Shown here: positions 1 to 12,789 of the stretch, piece by piece
How the letters are laid out: each line of letters begins with the position of its first letter
How positions within the stretch are numbered: position 1 is the first letter of the stretch
Origin: Octopus sinensis
Lineage: Eukaryota
Direction: 5' to 3'
Length of the DNA stretch: 64,000 nucleotides
Assembly: GCF_006345805.1 (NCBI RefSeq)
Contig: NC_043010.1
Coordinates: 1,922,001-1,986,000 of the forward strand
Made by a program: the position numbers and the translations under genes
The notes under the pieces: model-generated
What the model was told of the DNA's origin: nothing
What the model saw: the letters and a program-made list of their open reading frames with translations, nothing else
Databases searched by the model: none

Positions 1-234
1 TAAGTGACGGGGACATAAACACACCAGAATCGGTTGTCAATCAATACTAGGGGGACAAACACACACGCACATATATATATATATATATATATATATACAT
101 TTAGCAATTAAGGACAACCACTTAATAAGGAAAACTTAACAAGAAATTGTCAGGTAGATAGCGTGGAAACCTCATAAGAGAAAAAATTTCGAAAATAATT
201 ATTTCTTATTGAGCATATTAATTTATATATAGAG

Positions 235-380
235 GGCGTTAGGAAGGGCATCCAGCTGTAGAAACACTGCCAGATCTGACTGGCCTGGTGCAGCCTTCGG
301 GCTCCCCAGACCCCAGTTGAACCGTCCAACCCATGCTAGCATGGAAAACGGACGCTAAATGATGATGATGATGATGATGA
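235..380 (+). mobile_element. SINE family C (RTE-type 3' tail ending in (GAT)n); other copies ~15045-15420(-), 18320-18470(+), 42830-43000(+), 53695-54040(-), 63540-63935(+)
   Basis: Recurrent motif ggcgttaggaagggcatccagctgtagaaac...catgctagcatggaaaacggacg followed by a (gat)n tail, seen in at least 6 places on both strands. Confidence 0.8.
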
Positions 381-699
381 GGGCATTATACATACATGCC
401 AGAAGGCATTATACATACAAGCCACATGCTAAGAGGGACAATTAGTCATTTCTACCAAAATATACTAATCCACCGAATGCAATTTTTCAAAGTAAGACAT
501 TTAAAAAATTATAGACCTGTATCACAGTGATTTCATACTTACGTATTCATCAGCAGGCCTGAATGTATTATAAATAAACAACGACCCTGCCCCGCTTAAG
601 CCGATCAGCTAACTGATCAACATCAACGAAGCACATGGTGAGTTTACATATATTACATCCGGATAAATGGCAAACTTTTACGAATTGATACATATATAC

Positions 700-860
700 G
701 ACGGGCTTCTTTCAGTTTCCGTCTACCAAATCCACTCACAAGGCTTTGGTTGGCTCGAGGCTATAGCAGAAGACACTTGTCCAAGATGCCATGCAGTGGG
801 ACTGAACCCGGAACCATGTGGTTGGTTAGCAAGCTACTTACCACACAGCCACTCCTGCAC
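700..860 (-). mobile_element. SINE family A head (tRNA-derived)
   Basis: Reverse complement of the family A head (gtggtaag..ggttccgggttcagtcccact..cttgggcaagtgtcttc..ggaaactgaaagaagcccgtcg). Confidence 0.8.
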
Positions 861-2015
861 CTATATGATGATGATATATAGTATGATAGGAAGAATATTT
901 TTTATTAACACTATGGCTTGTCTCAGTCACACTTTAATAATTCACCTCTCTCTGTATATAGGATATCACATGTTATCACATTTCAAATACTTTATATCTG
1001 CATATTATGCACATTTTTTTCATGAAAGAAAATGGGATTTCCATGATGGGGACTTTACTGGTGGAAGCTATAAAAGCAAACCTTTTGTAAAGTTCAAAGG
1101 TCATTTTCAACTTTACTTTCTGTTTAGACAGCATAAACATTTACAGTATATTTTTATATACAGCAATTATAATAAATCTCACTAAACACACTTTTTCCAT
1201 ACATTGTAACCCTAAAGAAAATATACTTCTGATGAAATGTCATTACCCTTAATTACAAATGACTTGTAACACTAATCATTTATTTAAATATTAATGTCAT
1301 TTTATTGTACTCCTGAGCAAAGCCAATTCAATTTACTCTGGTTTAGTTTACAGAACAAAAATGTGATACCACACCTAATTTCCCAGGTGAAGCTAGTTGG
1401 GACTTTAAAGAGAATCTACCTGTAAATACACCTGTTCTAACACAATCACCCTAACAGAGAGAGAAAAATGCAAAAATGGTGGAAGAAATAGATATAAAAC
1501 CAGAAAGGATGTGTGGTTCAGGTTTGATTCCACTGCACAGCACCTGATTCAAGTGTCTTCTTCTATAGTCTTAGATTTACCAATACTTTGTGAGAAGAAT
1601 TTGTAGAAAGGAAATTGTGCAGAAGCCCATCAGATATAGGCACAAGCATAAATTCATGAGGTTTAGAGTTTTATCCCACTGCACAACACTTTGATAAAAT
1701 ATTGTCTATTATGGCCCCATCAGAATCAATTCCTTGTGAGGGAAATTGGGAGAAACTTCAGGAAGCCTGACATAAATGTGTGTGTGAATGCTTGTGTTGG
1801 ATGCAAATGTTACCACTTGACCAAAACAGAGATGATATCAACATTCCTAATTGACTTTACAATTGGTCTTACTGTTCTTTCAAAGACCTCTGGTATAAAT
1901 TAACAGAAAAAGTACCTAACCATTAAATTCTTGCCTCAAATAACACTCCATCCAGCCTGAAAGATGTATATACGATTGTGTTTATATATATTTATATATA
2001 TATATATATATATAT

Positions 2016-2395
2016 GTAGGCGTGGCTGAGTGGTAAGTAGCTTCCTTATGAACTACATAGTTCTGGTTTCAGTCCCACCGTGGGGCACCTTGGGCAGGTG
2101 TCTTCTACTATAGCCTCGAGCCAACCAAAGCTTGTGAGTAGATTTGGTAACAGAAACTGAAAGAAACTGTCGTATGTGTGTGTATATATGTTTGTGTGAC
2201 TGTGTTTTTGTTCCCCCAACGTTGCTTGACAACCGATGGTGGTGTTGTTTATGTCCCCATAACTTACACGGTTTGGCAAATAGACTGATAGAATCAGTAC
2301 AAGGCTTACAAGAATAAGTCCTGGGGTACTCGATTAAAGACGGTGCTCCAGCATGGCCACGGTCGAATGACTAAAACAAGTAAAAGAGTAAAAAG
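2016..2395 (+). mobile_element. SINE family A composite (tRNA-like head, internal microsatellite, tail ending gaaacaagtaaaagag); further copies ~2520-2903(+), 10770-10945(-), 18505-18900(-), 23620-24300(+), 30268-30700(-), 42300-42680(-), 44940-45260(+), 46960-47380(-), 51635-51985(+), 57000-57420(-), 57765-57920(+)
   Basis: A-box-like ggcgtggctgagtggt, B-box-like ggtttcagtccc, shared body and tail across more than 10 copies in the window. Confidence 0.85.
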
Positions 2396-3007
2396 ATATA
2401 TATATACATATAAACATACACACCACCATCGTCATCATCTTGATTATCATCATTACCTTAACTCTCAAGATATGTGTTGTGCGTATATATATATATATTA
2501 TATATATATATATATATATGTAGGCGTGGCTGAGTGGTAAGTAGCTTCCTTATGAACTACATAGTTCTGGTTTCAGTCCCACGTGGGGCACCTTGGGAGG
2601 TGTCTTCTACTATAGCCTCGAGCCAACCAAAGCCTTGTGAGTAGATTGGTAGGGTTCAGAAACTGAAAGAAACCTGTCGTATGTGTGTGTGTATATATGT
2701 TTGTGTGACTGTGTTTGTTCCCCCAACGTTGCTTGACAACCGATGGTGGTGTGTTTATGTCCCCATAACTTAACGGTTTGGCAAAAGAGACTGATAGAAT
2801 AAGTACAAGGCTTACAAAGAATAAGTCCTGGGGTACTCGATTAAAGACGGTGCTCCAGCATGGCCACAGTCGAATGACTGAAACAAGTAAAAGAGTAAAA
2901 AAGATATATATATATATAAACACACACACCACCATCCTCATCATCTTGATTATCATCATTACCTTAACTCTCAAGATATGTGTCGTGCGTATATATATAT
3001 ATATATA

Positions 3008-3196
3008 CACGCCATGATAGATCGTTAGCTCCTACACGCATTTTTTCTCTCCTTGTTTTTTTCTGTGTATCTTTCTGTCAAAGAGCGTAGGCTTGAAACG
3101 TAAAAGATTTTTTCTATTCCTGAGCACTATATTAATACATTTGTTTGTTTGTACTCCACCTGCCTTCGTCTTTTGTTTATTTTCATAAACTTTTCC
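3008..3196 (+). mobile_element. Penelope-like element remnant in a (TA)n array with a degenerate minimal hammerhead motif (3069-3108)
   Basis: atcttt-CTGTCAA-a-gagc gtag gctt-GAAA-CGT-A-aaagat: 6-bp stem I, 4-bp stem II, palindromic AACGT stem III. (TA)n on both sides. Confidence 0.55.
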
Positions 3197-3698
3197 TTTA
3201 TATATATATATCTTTATTCTTCATGACTTATTATATACAAATGCATAATTTTATATGCACACATAAATGCATTCATACATACACACATACATGTCTTGAG
3301 AGTTAAGATAATGGTAATAATCAAGACATGATGATGTATGTGTGCATATATATGTGTGTGAGAGTATATATAGTGGTTTATCTGTGTGTGTGAGTGTGGA
3401 GGGAGATAGTCAAAGAGAGAAATATATCAGGAGAAATATATGGGGAAAGTGTGGTGTGTGTGTCTGCATGCGTGTGTGCCATGAGACAGAAATTATTGAA
3501 ACTGATGCAAGTTACTAATAGAGAAAGATAAAAAGTTAGAGGAATTGCAAGGGAGGGTTTGTAGCATGTCTCAAAAGAGAAATGGTTTGTGGGGAGATTG
3601 TGGGTCTGAAAAGGCGAAGGAAGAATCGAGTTTTAGAAAGTATAGTGGAAAAAACAATGAGGACTGATAAAAATCTGAAGTGATACATGTGTGTATAT

Positions 3699-3734
<36 letters not shown>

Positions 3735-4043
3735 ATAATATATATATATATATGCACATGCATTTTCTTTGTAATGGGAAATAGAAAAAGAATCCAGTGC
3801 ATAGGGCACAGTATACTTATATTTATTAAGCTGAAGCCATGTGGCTTTTCTTAAATTCCATGTTTACATGTTCATTCATGAAACTGCTGTCTGGACAAAT
3901 GTGTAAATACAAAATTTAATTAATGATCTATGGTTTAATAAAGTATGGCTTCAGCCAACTATATATATATATATATATAACGGGAAGCTTTATGAAAATA
4001 GACAAAAGACGAAGGCAGGTGGAAAACAAACAAACAATTGTAT

Positions 4044-4074
<31 letters not shown>

Positions 4075-4599
4075 GTGTGTGTGTGTGCACACGTGTATGT
4101 GTGTGTGTAATTTCAGCCAGAAATAATCATCATAATTAATCCTTAAGCCAATTATTTCTTTCTACCCATTACAGGTATAATTTTAGGTAATTAATAATAG
4201 AAAATATATATATGCTCACTACTTTACATATTTCAATGCAAATTTCACCATGGTGTACAATATTTTGGCCAAGATGTGTGAGTATGTGTTCAGCTGCTAA
4301 GTCCTGTCAACTCTAGGAGAATGTGGATAGTCAGCAATAAAAGAGTGTTTTTACTGACTACAGAATGTGTCTCATGTGCAATATGTTCGTATTACATGAG
4401 GTAGAGAAGTTTGGATTGTAGCTGCTTAACCGAAATATTAATTAGTAAAAGTTAGAAAATGGTAAAAAGAATGAGAGAATTTAGAAGAAAATAAAGGTAA
4501 ATATATAGGACAGAGATAAATCAGTTAAATAATTTTTAAAGAATAAGTATGCAGAGTGTCCATTTTATTTAACACGTAAACACACACACACATATATGA

Positions 4600-4647
<48 letters not shown>

Positions 4648-4652
4648 CTGGC

Positions 4653-4703
<51 letters not shown>

Positions 4704-5289
4704 TGCACACGTGTGTGTGTGTGTGCATGCATGTGTATTTAACATTTTACAGGTGTGTATGTCTGTGTGTGTGTGCATATATATATAGGTTTACAAAAGA
4801 CAGGTAGGTAAGATAAACGAAGTGTTAAAGATAAGGTGTTAAAATAAAGAAATAAATGATCTGTGTGTATGTATGCATGTATGTATGTATGCATATATAT
4901 ATATATCTGTATGTATAAATGTGTGTATGTCTGTGTTTGGGGAGGAGGTAAAAGTTAGTTGTAGAAGTGAGAAATATTAAGTGAAAGATGGGAAAGAGAG
5001 AGAGAGAGAGAAGCAGACAGACAGACAGAGTGAGAGTTTGTGACAGAGGTGGTGTTGTGAGGGGAGAGAGGGTCTGACTGTGACAGTTGGAGGTGGGTAG
5101 GGGATGAAAATAAATTAGCAATAATGGTTGGAGGAGTAAATAGGGCTCCTCCCCACCTCACTCTTTTAGTCAACATAGACACACACACACACATACACAT
5201 GCAATATATATATATATATATTTGGGGGTGAAAGTGAGAGGTAAGAAGTGGATAGAGTTATAAATTAATGAGAAAGTAATGACATTGAT

Positions 5290-6500
5290 GATGATTATAG
5301 TAACGGTGATTATTATGATGATGGTATTAGAAGTGGTAGAAGGAATATTGGTACTGCCAGAGGCAGTGGTGGTAGTGGTGATGGCAAATGAATGGTGGCT
5401 TTGGCGGCAGTAATGGTAGTTGCCCTGATGGTCATAGAAATGGTATGGGACTGAGTGGTGGTGGTCTTAGTGACAATGGCAAGGACATTAGTGATAGTAG
5501 TTGTGGTGATAGTAATGGTAGTAGTAGCTGTGGTATTTGTGATGGTGGTGGTGATAGTAGTAGTAGTAGTAGTAGTAGTAGAAGTAATGGCAGTGGTGGT
5601 GGTGGTAGTAATGGTAGTAGTGATGGGGGTGATGGTGGTTGTAGTTGTTGTAGTAGTGAGTATTGGTATTGTTTCATGTAGTGGTATTGGTAAGAGTTGT
5701 GGTGGTGGTGGTACCAGTATTACAAGCATTATTAGTGACACCAGTGGTTGTAGTGATGGTGGTTACAGTAGTGTTGATAGTAGTGGTGTTGGTGGTAGTG
5801 GTAGTGTTAGCGACAGCTGTAATGGTTGTGAAGCATTACTGATAAATGGAGCTAGTGGTGCTAGTATTACTGATAGCAGTAGAGGTGGTAGTAGTGGTGG
5901 TGGTAGTTGTGGTGATATTGGTTACAGCGTTAATGGCAATAGATGGATGGCATCAGTGGCTGATGGTACTGTAGTGAATGGCAGTGCATGGCATGGCTGG
6001 TGGTAATGGAAGATAAACTGGAAACTAGTAAGGCTAACCTAGCTAGCGGCAGAAGTATAGATGGCAGAGATAGATGTATGGGTGGTAGTGCTGGTGGTGA
6101 CTCTGGTAACTTGTACATATAAAGTGTATTGATGGTGAGGGATTTGTAAATATATGATGGTAGTGGTTGATGTGAAGTGGTATGATGGTGACGGTGACGA
6201 CGGTGGATGTATAGAAGTGTCTTAATAGCATGGTGGTGGTGGTGGTGGTGGTGGTGGAAATTCTAGGTGTCTGGTGATGGCGGAGGTGGTGGAGGCCCGT
6301 GAAGACATATTGTGATGGGGATGTTGGATGGTGATGATGGTGATGGTGATGGCGGCTGGTATGTAATTTATTGTGATGGTGGTGGTGGTGGTGGTGGTGA
6401 TTTGTAAATATAAGCGTATTGGTGGTGATACAAGTTGGAGTTGACATTACATAGAATTCTTAACTGTAATGTTGGTGATGGTGTTGGTGATGGCGCTGGT
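5290..6500. repeat. Low-complexity (GGT/AGT/GAT)n trinucleotide region
   Basis: Degenerate triplet repeats; source of the Gly/Ser/Thr/Val-rich pseudo-ORFs. Confidence 0.9.
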
Positions 6501-6779
6501 GGCAGCGATGTTGGAGACAAGGTGACAACTGTTCCTCATAACTCTCTCCCCACTGGGCAACTCCCCCTCACCCCCACCCCACAAACAAAATCTCCATTTC
6601 CCCACCCCCTCATCACTTCTTGATTTCAAAGATGCTGATAGTTATGATGATGGTGAGGAGAACAAGGTTTATGAGGATGACAGTCATCATTACCATTATC
6701 ATCATCATTATCATCAAGAATAATGCGTAGGGTGATAGTGATGGTTGTGCTGTTGACAGTCACACTAGTATCACAAGAG

Positions 6780-6958
6780 AGAGAGAAAGAAAGAAAGAAG
6801 CAAATACAAGCAAATTGTTAGATACAAATTGATAAAGATAGACAGGCAGACATAGATAGACAGATAGATAGATCGACAAAGATAGATAGATAGATGGATA
6901 GATAGATAGATAGATAGATAGACAGACAGGTAGATAGATAGATAGACAGACAGACAGG

Positions 6959-6989
<31 letters not shown>

Positions 6990-7210
6990 GTAGATAGATA
7001 GATAGATAGATAGATCGACAAAGATAGATAGAGATAGATAGATAGATAGATAAATATATATATATAGAGATAGATAGATAGATAAATATATATAGAGAGA
7101 GATAGATAGATACAGATAGATAAGTAGATGGATGGATATTTGGATAGATAGACAGATAGACAGACAGACAAGCAGGCAGACACATATAGACAGATAGATA
7201 AATGGATAGA
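6780..7210. repeat. (GATA)n/(GACA)n compound microsatellite
   Basis: Direct inspection. Confidence 0.95.
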
Positions 7211-7355
7211 AATTAACAAACACAGAGGAGAGAGAAAGAGAGAAAGTGTGACAAAGAAAACAGAGAAAAGATAAAGATGAGAGAGAGAGAGAGGGAGAGA
7301 GGTGGGTGTGAGGGGGAGATTAACGAACGTAGGAAGAGATTATTTATCGATTCAC

Positions 7356-7394
7356 CTTCACTGCTGCCATCTAATATTGATTTTGATAACAAGT
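7356..7394 (-). CDS. Candidate 39-nt internal exon (phase 1-1), (D)LLSKSILDGSSE(G)
   Basis: Acceptor gaattgctttaattacag, donor AAG|GTGAAT, open frame, unique island among microsatellites. No homology recognised. Confidence 0.25.
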
Positions 7395-7654
7395 CTGTAA
7401 TTAAAGCAATTCATTAAATTCTATGAGGAAAGATTAATCTCTTCTGAAGAACATTAAAAAACAACAACAACAGCAATAACACTTAGATACATACGTACGC
7501 ATTATATACCTTATGCGTATGGTACATACATACATATATACACAGGCCTGCTACCATGCATACTCTTTTACATATAAATACACACACACACACACACTCA
7601 TGGCTACACATGTATGGATACATACATGTGTGTGTATATGTTTATATACACAAG

Positions 7655-7698
<44 letters not shown>

Positions 7699-7776
7699 AA
7701 CAAGGACGTGTACACGCATAAATGTGCACATATACAAACAATTACTTCTAAAGACACATGCTCTTATGCGTGTGTG

Positions 7777-7818
<42 letters not shown>

Positions 7819-8223
7819 TGTATATACAGACACTTAATGTTCATTCATTGTCACATGCACACACACACATTCATATATATATGTGTGTGTGTGTGTGCAT
7901 ATATATATATATATATACATACACACACACACATAGAGATACACACAAACACCCTCATATTAATTTACAGATTTTCACACATCTATACATACACATAGGG
8001 ACTCAAAGCCCCATGATGCATACAATCAGGGACACAAATACATACACACACACACACACGTCGTTGAACACATACATCTACAAACGAACAAATATGTTCA
8101 CACATTTACATACATATAAATTCATACATTTTTACCTATGCTTCCATACACACACATACACATGCAAAGTTACACTAATACACACACACACACACACACA
8201 CTCATACATACATGCATACATCA

Positions 8224-8254
<31 letters not shown>

Positions 8255-9564
8255 TAAATACAGTACACTCACAAGCATAACACACATATACACTCTCTCT
8301 CTTTCTCTCTTATACATACACACACATCACACAAACATAAAATCAAAATGAAAATCTAAAATATTTCAAATTATTTTGTCTGTCTTGTTTTTTCTATGGG
8401 TTTGTGGCATTGTTTTTCAGGTTTATTTTTCTCTTTGCTTTAGTTTTGTTGCTGTTATTTTTCATTGTATTATGTATTTATTTATTGTGGTTTCTACTTT
8501 TGTTTTTGGTTTTGTTATTCTGTTATAATATTTGTTTAATGTGTTTTAATGTTATATGCAATATATGAGTGATGGTGTTTGTTTGAGCATGTGTTTGTGT
8601 GTGTGTGTGAATGCATATGTGCATGTGTATTCAAGAGCATATTATGTAAATATATATGCATATATATATATATATTATATATATATATATACACACACAT
8701 ACACACACACAAACAAACATACAAAAGTATATATGTGTATATAAGTGTGTATTTATGTGCATGCAGATGTATGTGTGTATGTATAAATTTTATATACCTT
8801 CGGTGTGTATGTGTGTGTTTCTGTATAAAAATATGTGTATGTATATATAAATTTATCTTTTTTCCTGGTACTGTATGAATACATGATGTGGTTTTAGAGT
8901 CACGATTTGACTGCTATATCTAGCATGGTGGTATATTTTAGATACCCTTAATTATAATTTTAATAATGTGTGTGTATATATATATACATACTCGTGTATG
9001 TGTATATATCATCATCATTTAAAGTCCACTTATCCATGCTTGAATGCATGCATGGGTCGAATGGAGTTTGAGGCAAATTTTGTACAGCCAGAAGCCCTTC
9101 CTGTCACCCACACTCAACCTCTTTCCAAGCAAAATAATACTTCCACGTGCCCAAAACATGGTTCCACAGAATATTGGAAAATCTGGTATGACAGAGACAA
9201 TCATTTACAACTATCATGTGATGTCAAAACAAGGGGACACAAACACAAGCACAAGCACACATAGACTTGTGTGTGTGAGTCAGATAGAATGGCACTGTCC
9301 AGATGTCGAAATCATAGTGATATCTGCTTAGGCTGCTGATGATGGGAATGCACATATTCTATGCTCAATTGTGGATTGCTTATATCTTAGACTCGTTATC
9401 CTGGGTTGTCCTTCATTCTTGTAAATTGGAAAGAGTTTGTCAGGATCGCTTACTTTGGTATTGTTTGGTTTTCTTCATAGGTAACCTAATTAAGCTTGAA
9501 CGAGGCTTAGATATTGATATCACATTTTGGGAAGTTCTGTGGCACACACACACACACACACACA

Positions 9565-9605
<41 letters not shown>

Positions 9606-10044
9606 ACACACACACACACACACATAGCTTTGGTTCGACCTGGGACTAAAGCAGAAAACACCTGCCCAAGATGCCACACAGCAGGATTGAACCTGGAACC
9701 ATATATATGTATGTATATAGCTGTGTAGTAAGAATTTTTCTTCATAAACACATGGATCTGGGTTCAGTCCTACTGCATGGCACCTTGGGCAAGTTTCTTC
9801 TATTATAGCCTCTGGCTGACCAAAGCTTTGTAAGTTTGTGAGTGGACTTGGTAGACGGAAACTCAAAGAAGCTTGTATATATATATATAAATTCAGGGTG
9901 AATAGTTGATAAGTGTAAGCACCTGTATATGCCAGCTAGTAGCAGAGGTGAGAGGATATATGTATCAAATGAAATAAAAAACAGAACACAAAGGATGTTG
10001 TGTGTACCGCGACATCCTTTGTGTTCTGTTTTTTATTTCATTTG

Positions 10045-10081
<37 letters not shown>

Positions 10082-10668
10082 TGTGTGTCTGTGTTTGTCC
10101 TCCATCACTATTTGGCAACCGCTGTTAGTGCATTTATGTCCCTGTAATTTAGTGGTTCAGCAAAAGAGACTGATGGATTAAGCAGTAGGTTTTAGTAAAA
10201 ATAAATCCTGGGGTTGATTTGTTTGACTAAAACTCTGCAATGCAGTGCTCCAGAACAGATGTAGTCAAATGACTGAAACAAGTGAAAAACCAAAAGCTAC
10301 ATGTATACATGGACACACATAAGTACATAAATATGTCCTGTGAGTGTTAAGCAAGTGTCTTTTACTGTTGCTACAATAATGGTCAACCTAAGCATTTTAA
10401 GAGAAATCTTGTTGAAACAATCCTGCCTTCACGCAATATCATCCTAACTCTACCTTGCCTTGAGAGTTTTGTAAAGGTACAAAGGTGTGTGAGATACTCA
10501 TCCATTATGATATAATGAAATAAGTAGGGAGTTTTGTTGACTGATTAACTAGAACGGTAATCACTGAAAATAATGGTAGTCCATCAACGTTTCTGATATA
10601 TATATATATATATGAATAGTGTGTGTATTTATACATGCTTGTATATGCATATATGTATATGTATATTT

Positions 10669-10705
<37 letters not shown>

Positions 10706-10741
10706 GATTTCTGTATACATGTGTATATATGCAAAAATAAA

Positions 10742-10782
<41 letters not shown>

Positions 10783-11274
10783 GTATGACAGGCTTCTTTC
10801 AGTTTCCATCTTCCAAATCCACTCACAAGGCTTTGGTCGGCCCAAGGCTATATCAGAAGATACTTGCCCAAGGTGCCACAAAGTGTGACTGAACCTGGAA
10901 CCATGTGGTTGGGAAGTAAGCTTCTTACCACACAGCCATGCCTGTGCCTATATATATATATATATATATATATAAATGTGTGTCATCATCATAATATATA
11001 TATATATATATATAAATAAATGTGTGTCATCATCATAATATATATATATATATATACATACACACACACACACACTTAAATATATATATACATACACACA
11101 CACACTTAAATATGTATACACATACACACACATATATACATATGTTTATACACACGCACTTACTCTTACACACATAAATTGTGTGTACTTGTCTGTTTTA
11201 TGATGTTCTCTCTCTCTCTCTCTCTCTCTCTCGCTCTGTTTAGCTTGTTTCATCTCGTTTTATGAAACTTTCAG

Positions 11275-11389
11275 AAATACTTCAACTACAATAAAAAATC
11301 TTGTCCAGCACATTAATACAGCAGCAACAACAACACTGTCAGTCATCAACAACAACAACAATAACAACAAAGCTAAACAAGAACAGTAG
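11275..11389 (+). CDS. Candidate terminal exon NTSTTIKNLVQHINTAATTTLSVINNNNNNNKAKQEQ*
   Basis: Long pyrimidine tract then ctttcag acceptor; one open frame of 37 codons to TAG at 11387-11389. Low complexity, unrecognised. Confidence 0.2.
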
Positions 11390-12479
11390 CAGCAAATCCA
11401 GACCAGCTATTACAAAACTGGAAGAAAAAGATGAAATGAATAGGGGCCAGCAAATAATAAACAGCCCCAGCATTGAGACCATCATACACAACAACTGGGT
11501 TCATCTCCATTGTGCAGCACCTTGGGCACGTGTCTTCTACTAAATCCCTGGGCTGTGAATGGATTTAGTAGACAGAAACTGAAACAAGCCTATCTTACTC
11601 ATACATGGTGGCTGCCCTATCATTATCGAGTATGGCCATTGCACGAAGCTTAATCAATGTTGATATCGTGCAATGCCTGTGCAAGAAGATTCTTTTTAAA
11701 GTGAGGAAAGGTTGTGCACTGAGTCAATCCCACTCACTAAGCAACAGCAGCCATAATCCAAATAGAAGAACAAGTCAACATCATTGGTAACCACTGAGCC
11801 GCAGGTTTTATGTCGGAGTTATCCCAGTTACCTGAGTTATCTGCTCCTAGAAGGATGCCCTAACAAAGGCTAGGAGTCCTTCACTCCCAATGGTTTAACC
11901 GTGCGATCGGCTATTCAGTCCGATTATTTCTATGTCCCCGTGCATGATACAGCCTTAAGACATTTATTGGACTCTCAAGAGTTCCTCCGCTCTTTAACGG
12001 GTTTTGTTTTTCATCCCGCAGGGTGTCCAATAAACACCCTCCTCACCAAGCAAGCTTGGTGGGGTTGCCGGTTTAGTCGCCGATGACCTGATCATGCAAC
12101 AGGTTGTGCTGGGTTACATGTTACCAGTAGCACTCGAAAGTGACCTAACATACTCATACATACATATGTGTGTATGCGTATGTATGTGTGTGTGTGTAGT
12201 TGAATATCAAAATAGAAAAGGATCAATAATCTCGGCAAATGACTTCATAAAGCTCTTTGTAGATGAAGATACACCAGGCTAACAAATATGTCCTCTAATA
12301 GATGTGAGAATCCGGGTCAGGTAATCCAAACTCAGCAAGATGTCACCAGTCAGAGACATCTTGACCCTGTGTTGATTCTCTTCAATTTGCCGACCACTTT
12401 ACAAAGTTAAATGGGTATATTTTATCAAGGCATAAGTAATAAAGAGGTCCCCTTATAAGTTGTACGATTAGAAAGCCCC

Positions 12480-12710
12480 ACTGCCAGACTGGTTAGCACG
12501 CCGGGCAAAATGCTGAGTGGTATTTCGTCTGCCATTATGTTCTGAGTTCAAATTCCATCGAGGTCAACTTTGGCTTTCATCTTTTCAGGTTTGATAAATT
12601 AAGTACCAGTTACGCACTGGGGTCGATATACTCAACTTAATCCGTGTGTCTGTTCTTGTTTGTCCTCTCTGTGTTTAGCTCCTTGTAGGCAATAAAGAAA
12701 TAGGTAGGTA
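12480..12710 (+). mobile_element. SINE family B (tRNA-like head, central gcctttcatcctttcggggtcgataaa..agtaccag resembling the Deu/Nin domain); copies ~20600-20750(-), 21380-21850(+), 22050-22300, 36800-37250(-), 38800-38930(-), 39250-39880(-), 41715-41920(+), 43830-44240(-), 53430-53650(+), 56360-56550(-)
   Basis: More than 12 related copies, usually beside (AAT)n arrays. The Deu/Nin assignment is from recall of the motif, not a search. Confidence 0.75.
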
Positions 12711-12789
12711 GGTTCATTCTTTCTTTCTTTCTTCTTTTCTTTCTGCTGTCTAAGTGACCTAATTAGCAGTAGTGGAGGATGTTCTGAAA

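Noticed and set aside
101-232. Possible minus-strand hammerhead (CTTATGA ggt...acc)
   Set aside because: Core is mutated and there is no GAAA or stem III.
667-1185. 172-aa ORF
   Set aside because: The 5' part is an antisense SINE A head; the rest has no recognisable motif.
5313-6447. Gly/Ser/Thr/His-rich ORFs resembling structural proteins
   Set aside because: Open in several frames on both strands because of triplet repeats; no splice or codon evidence.
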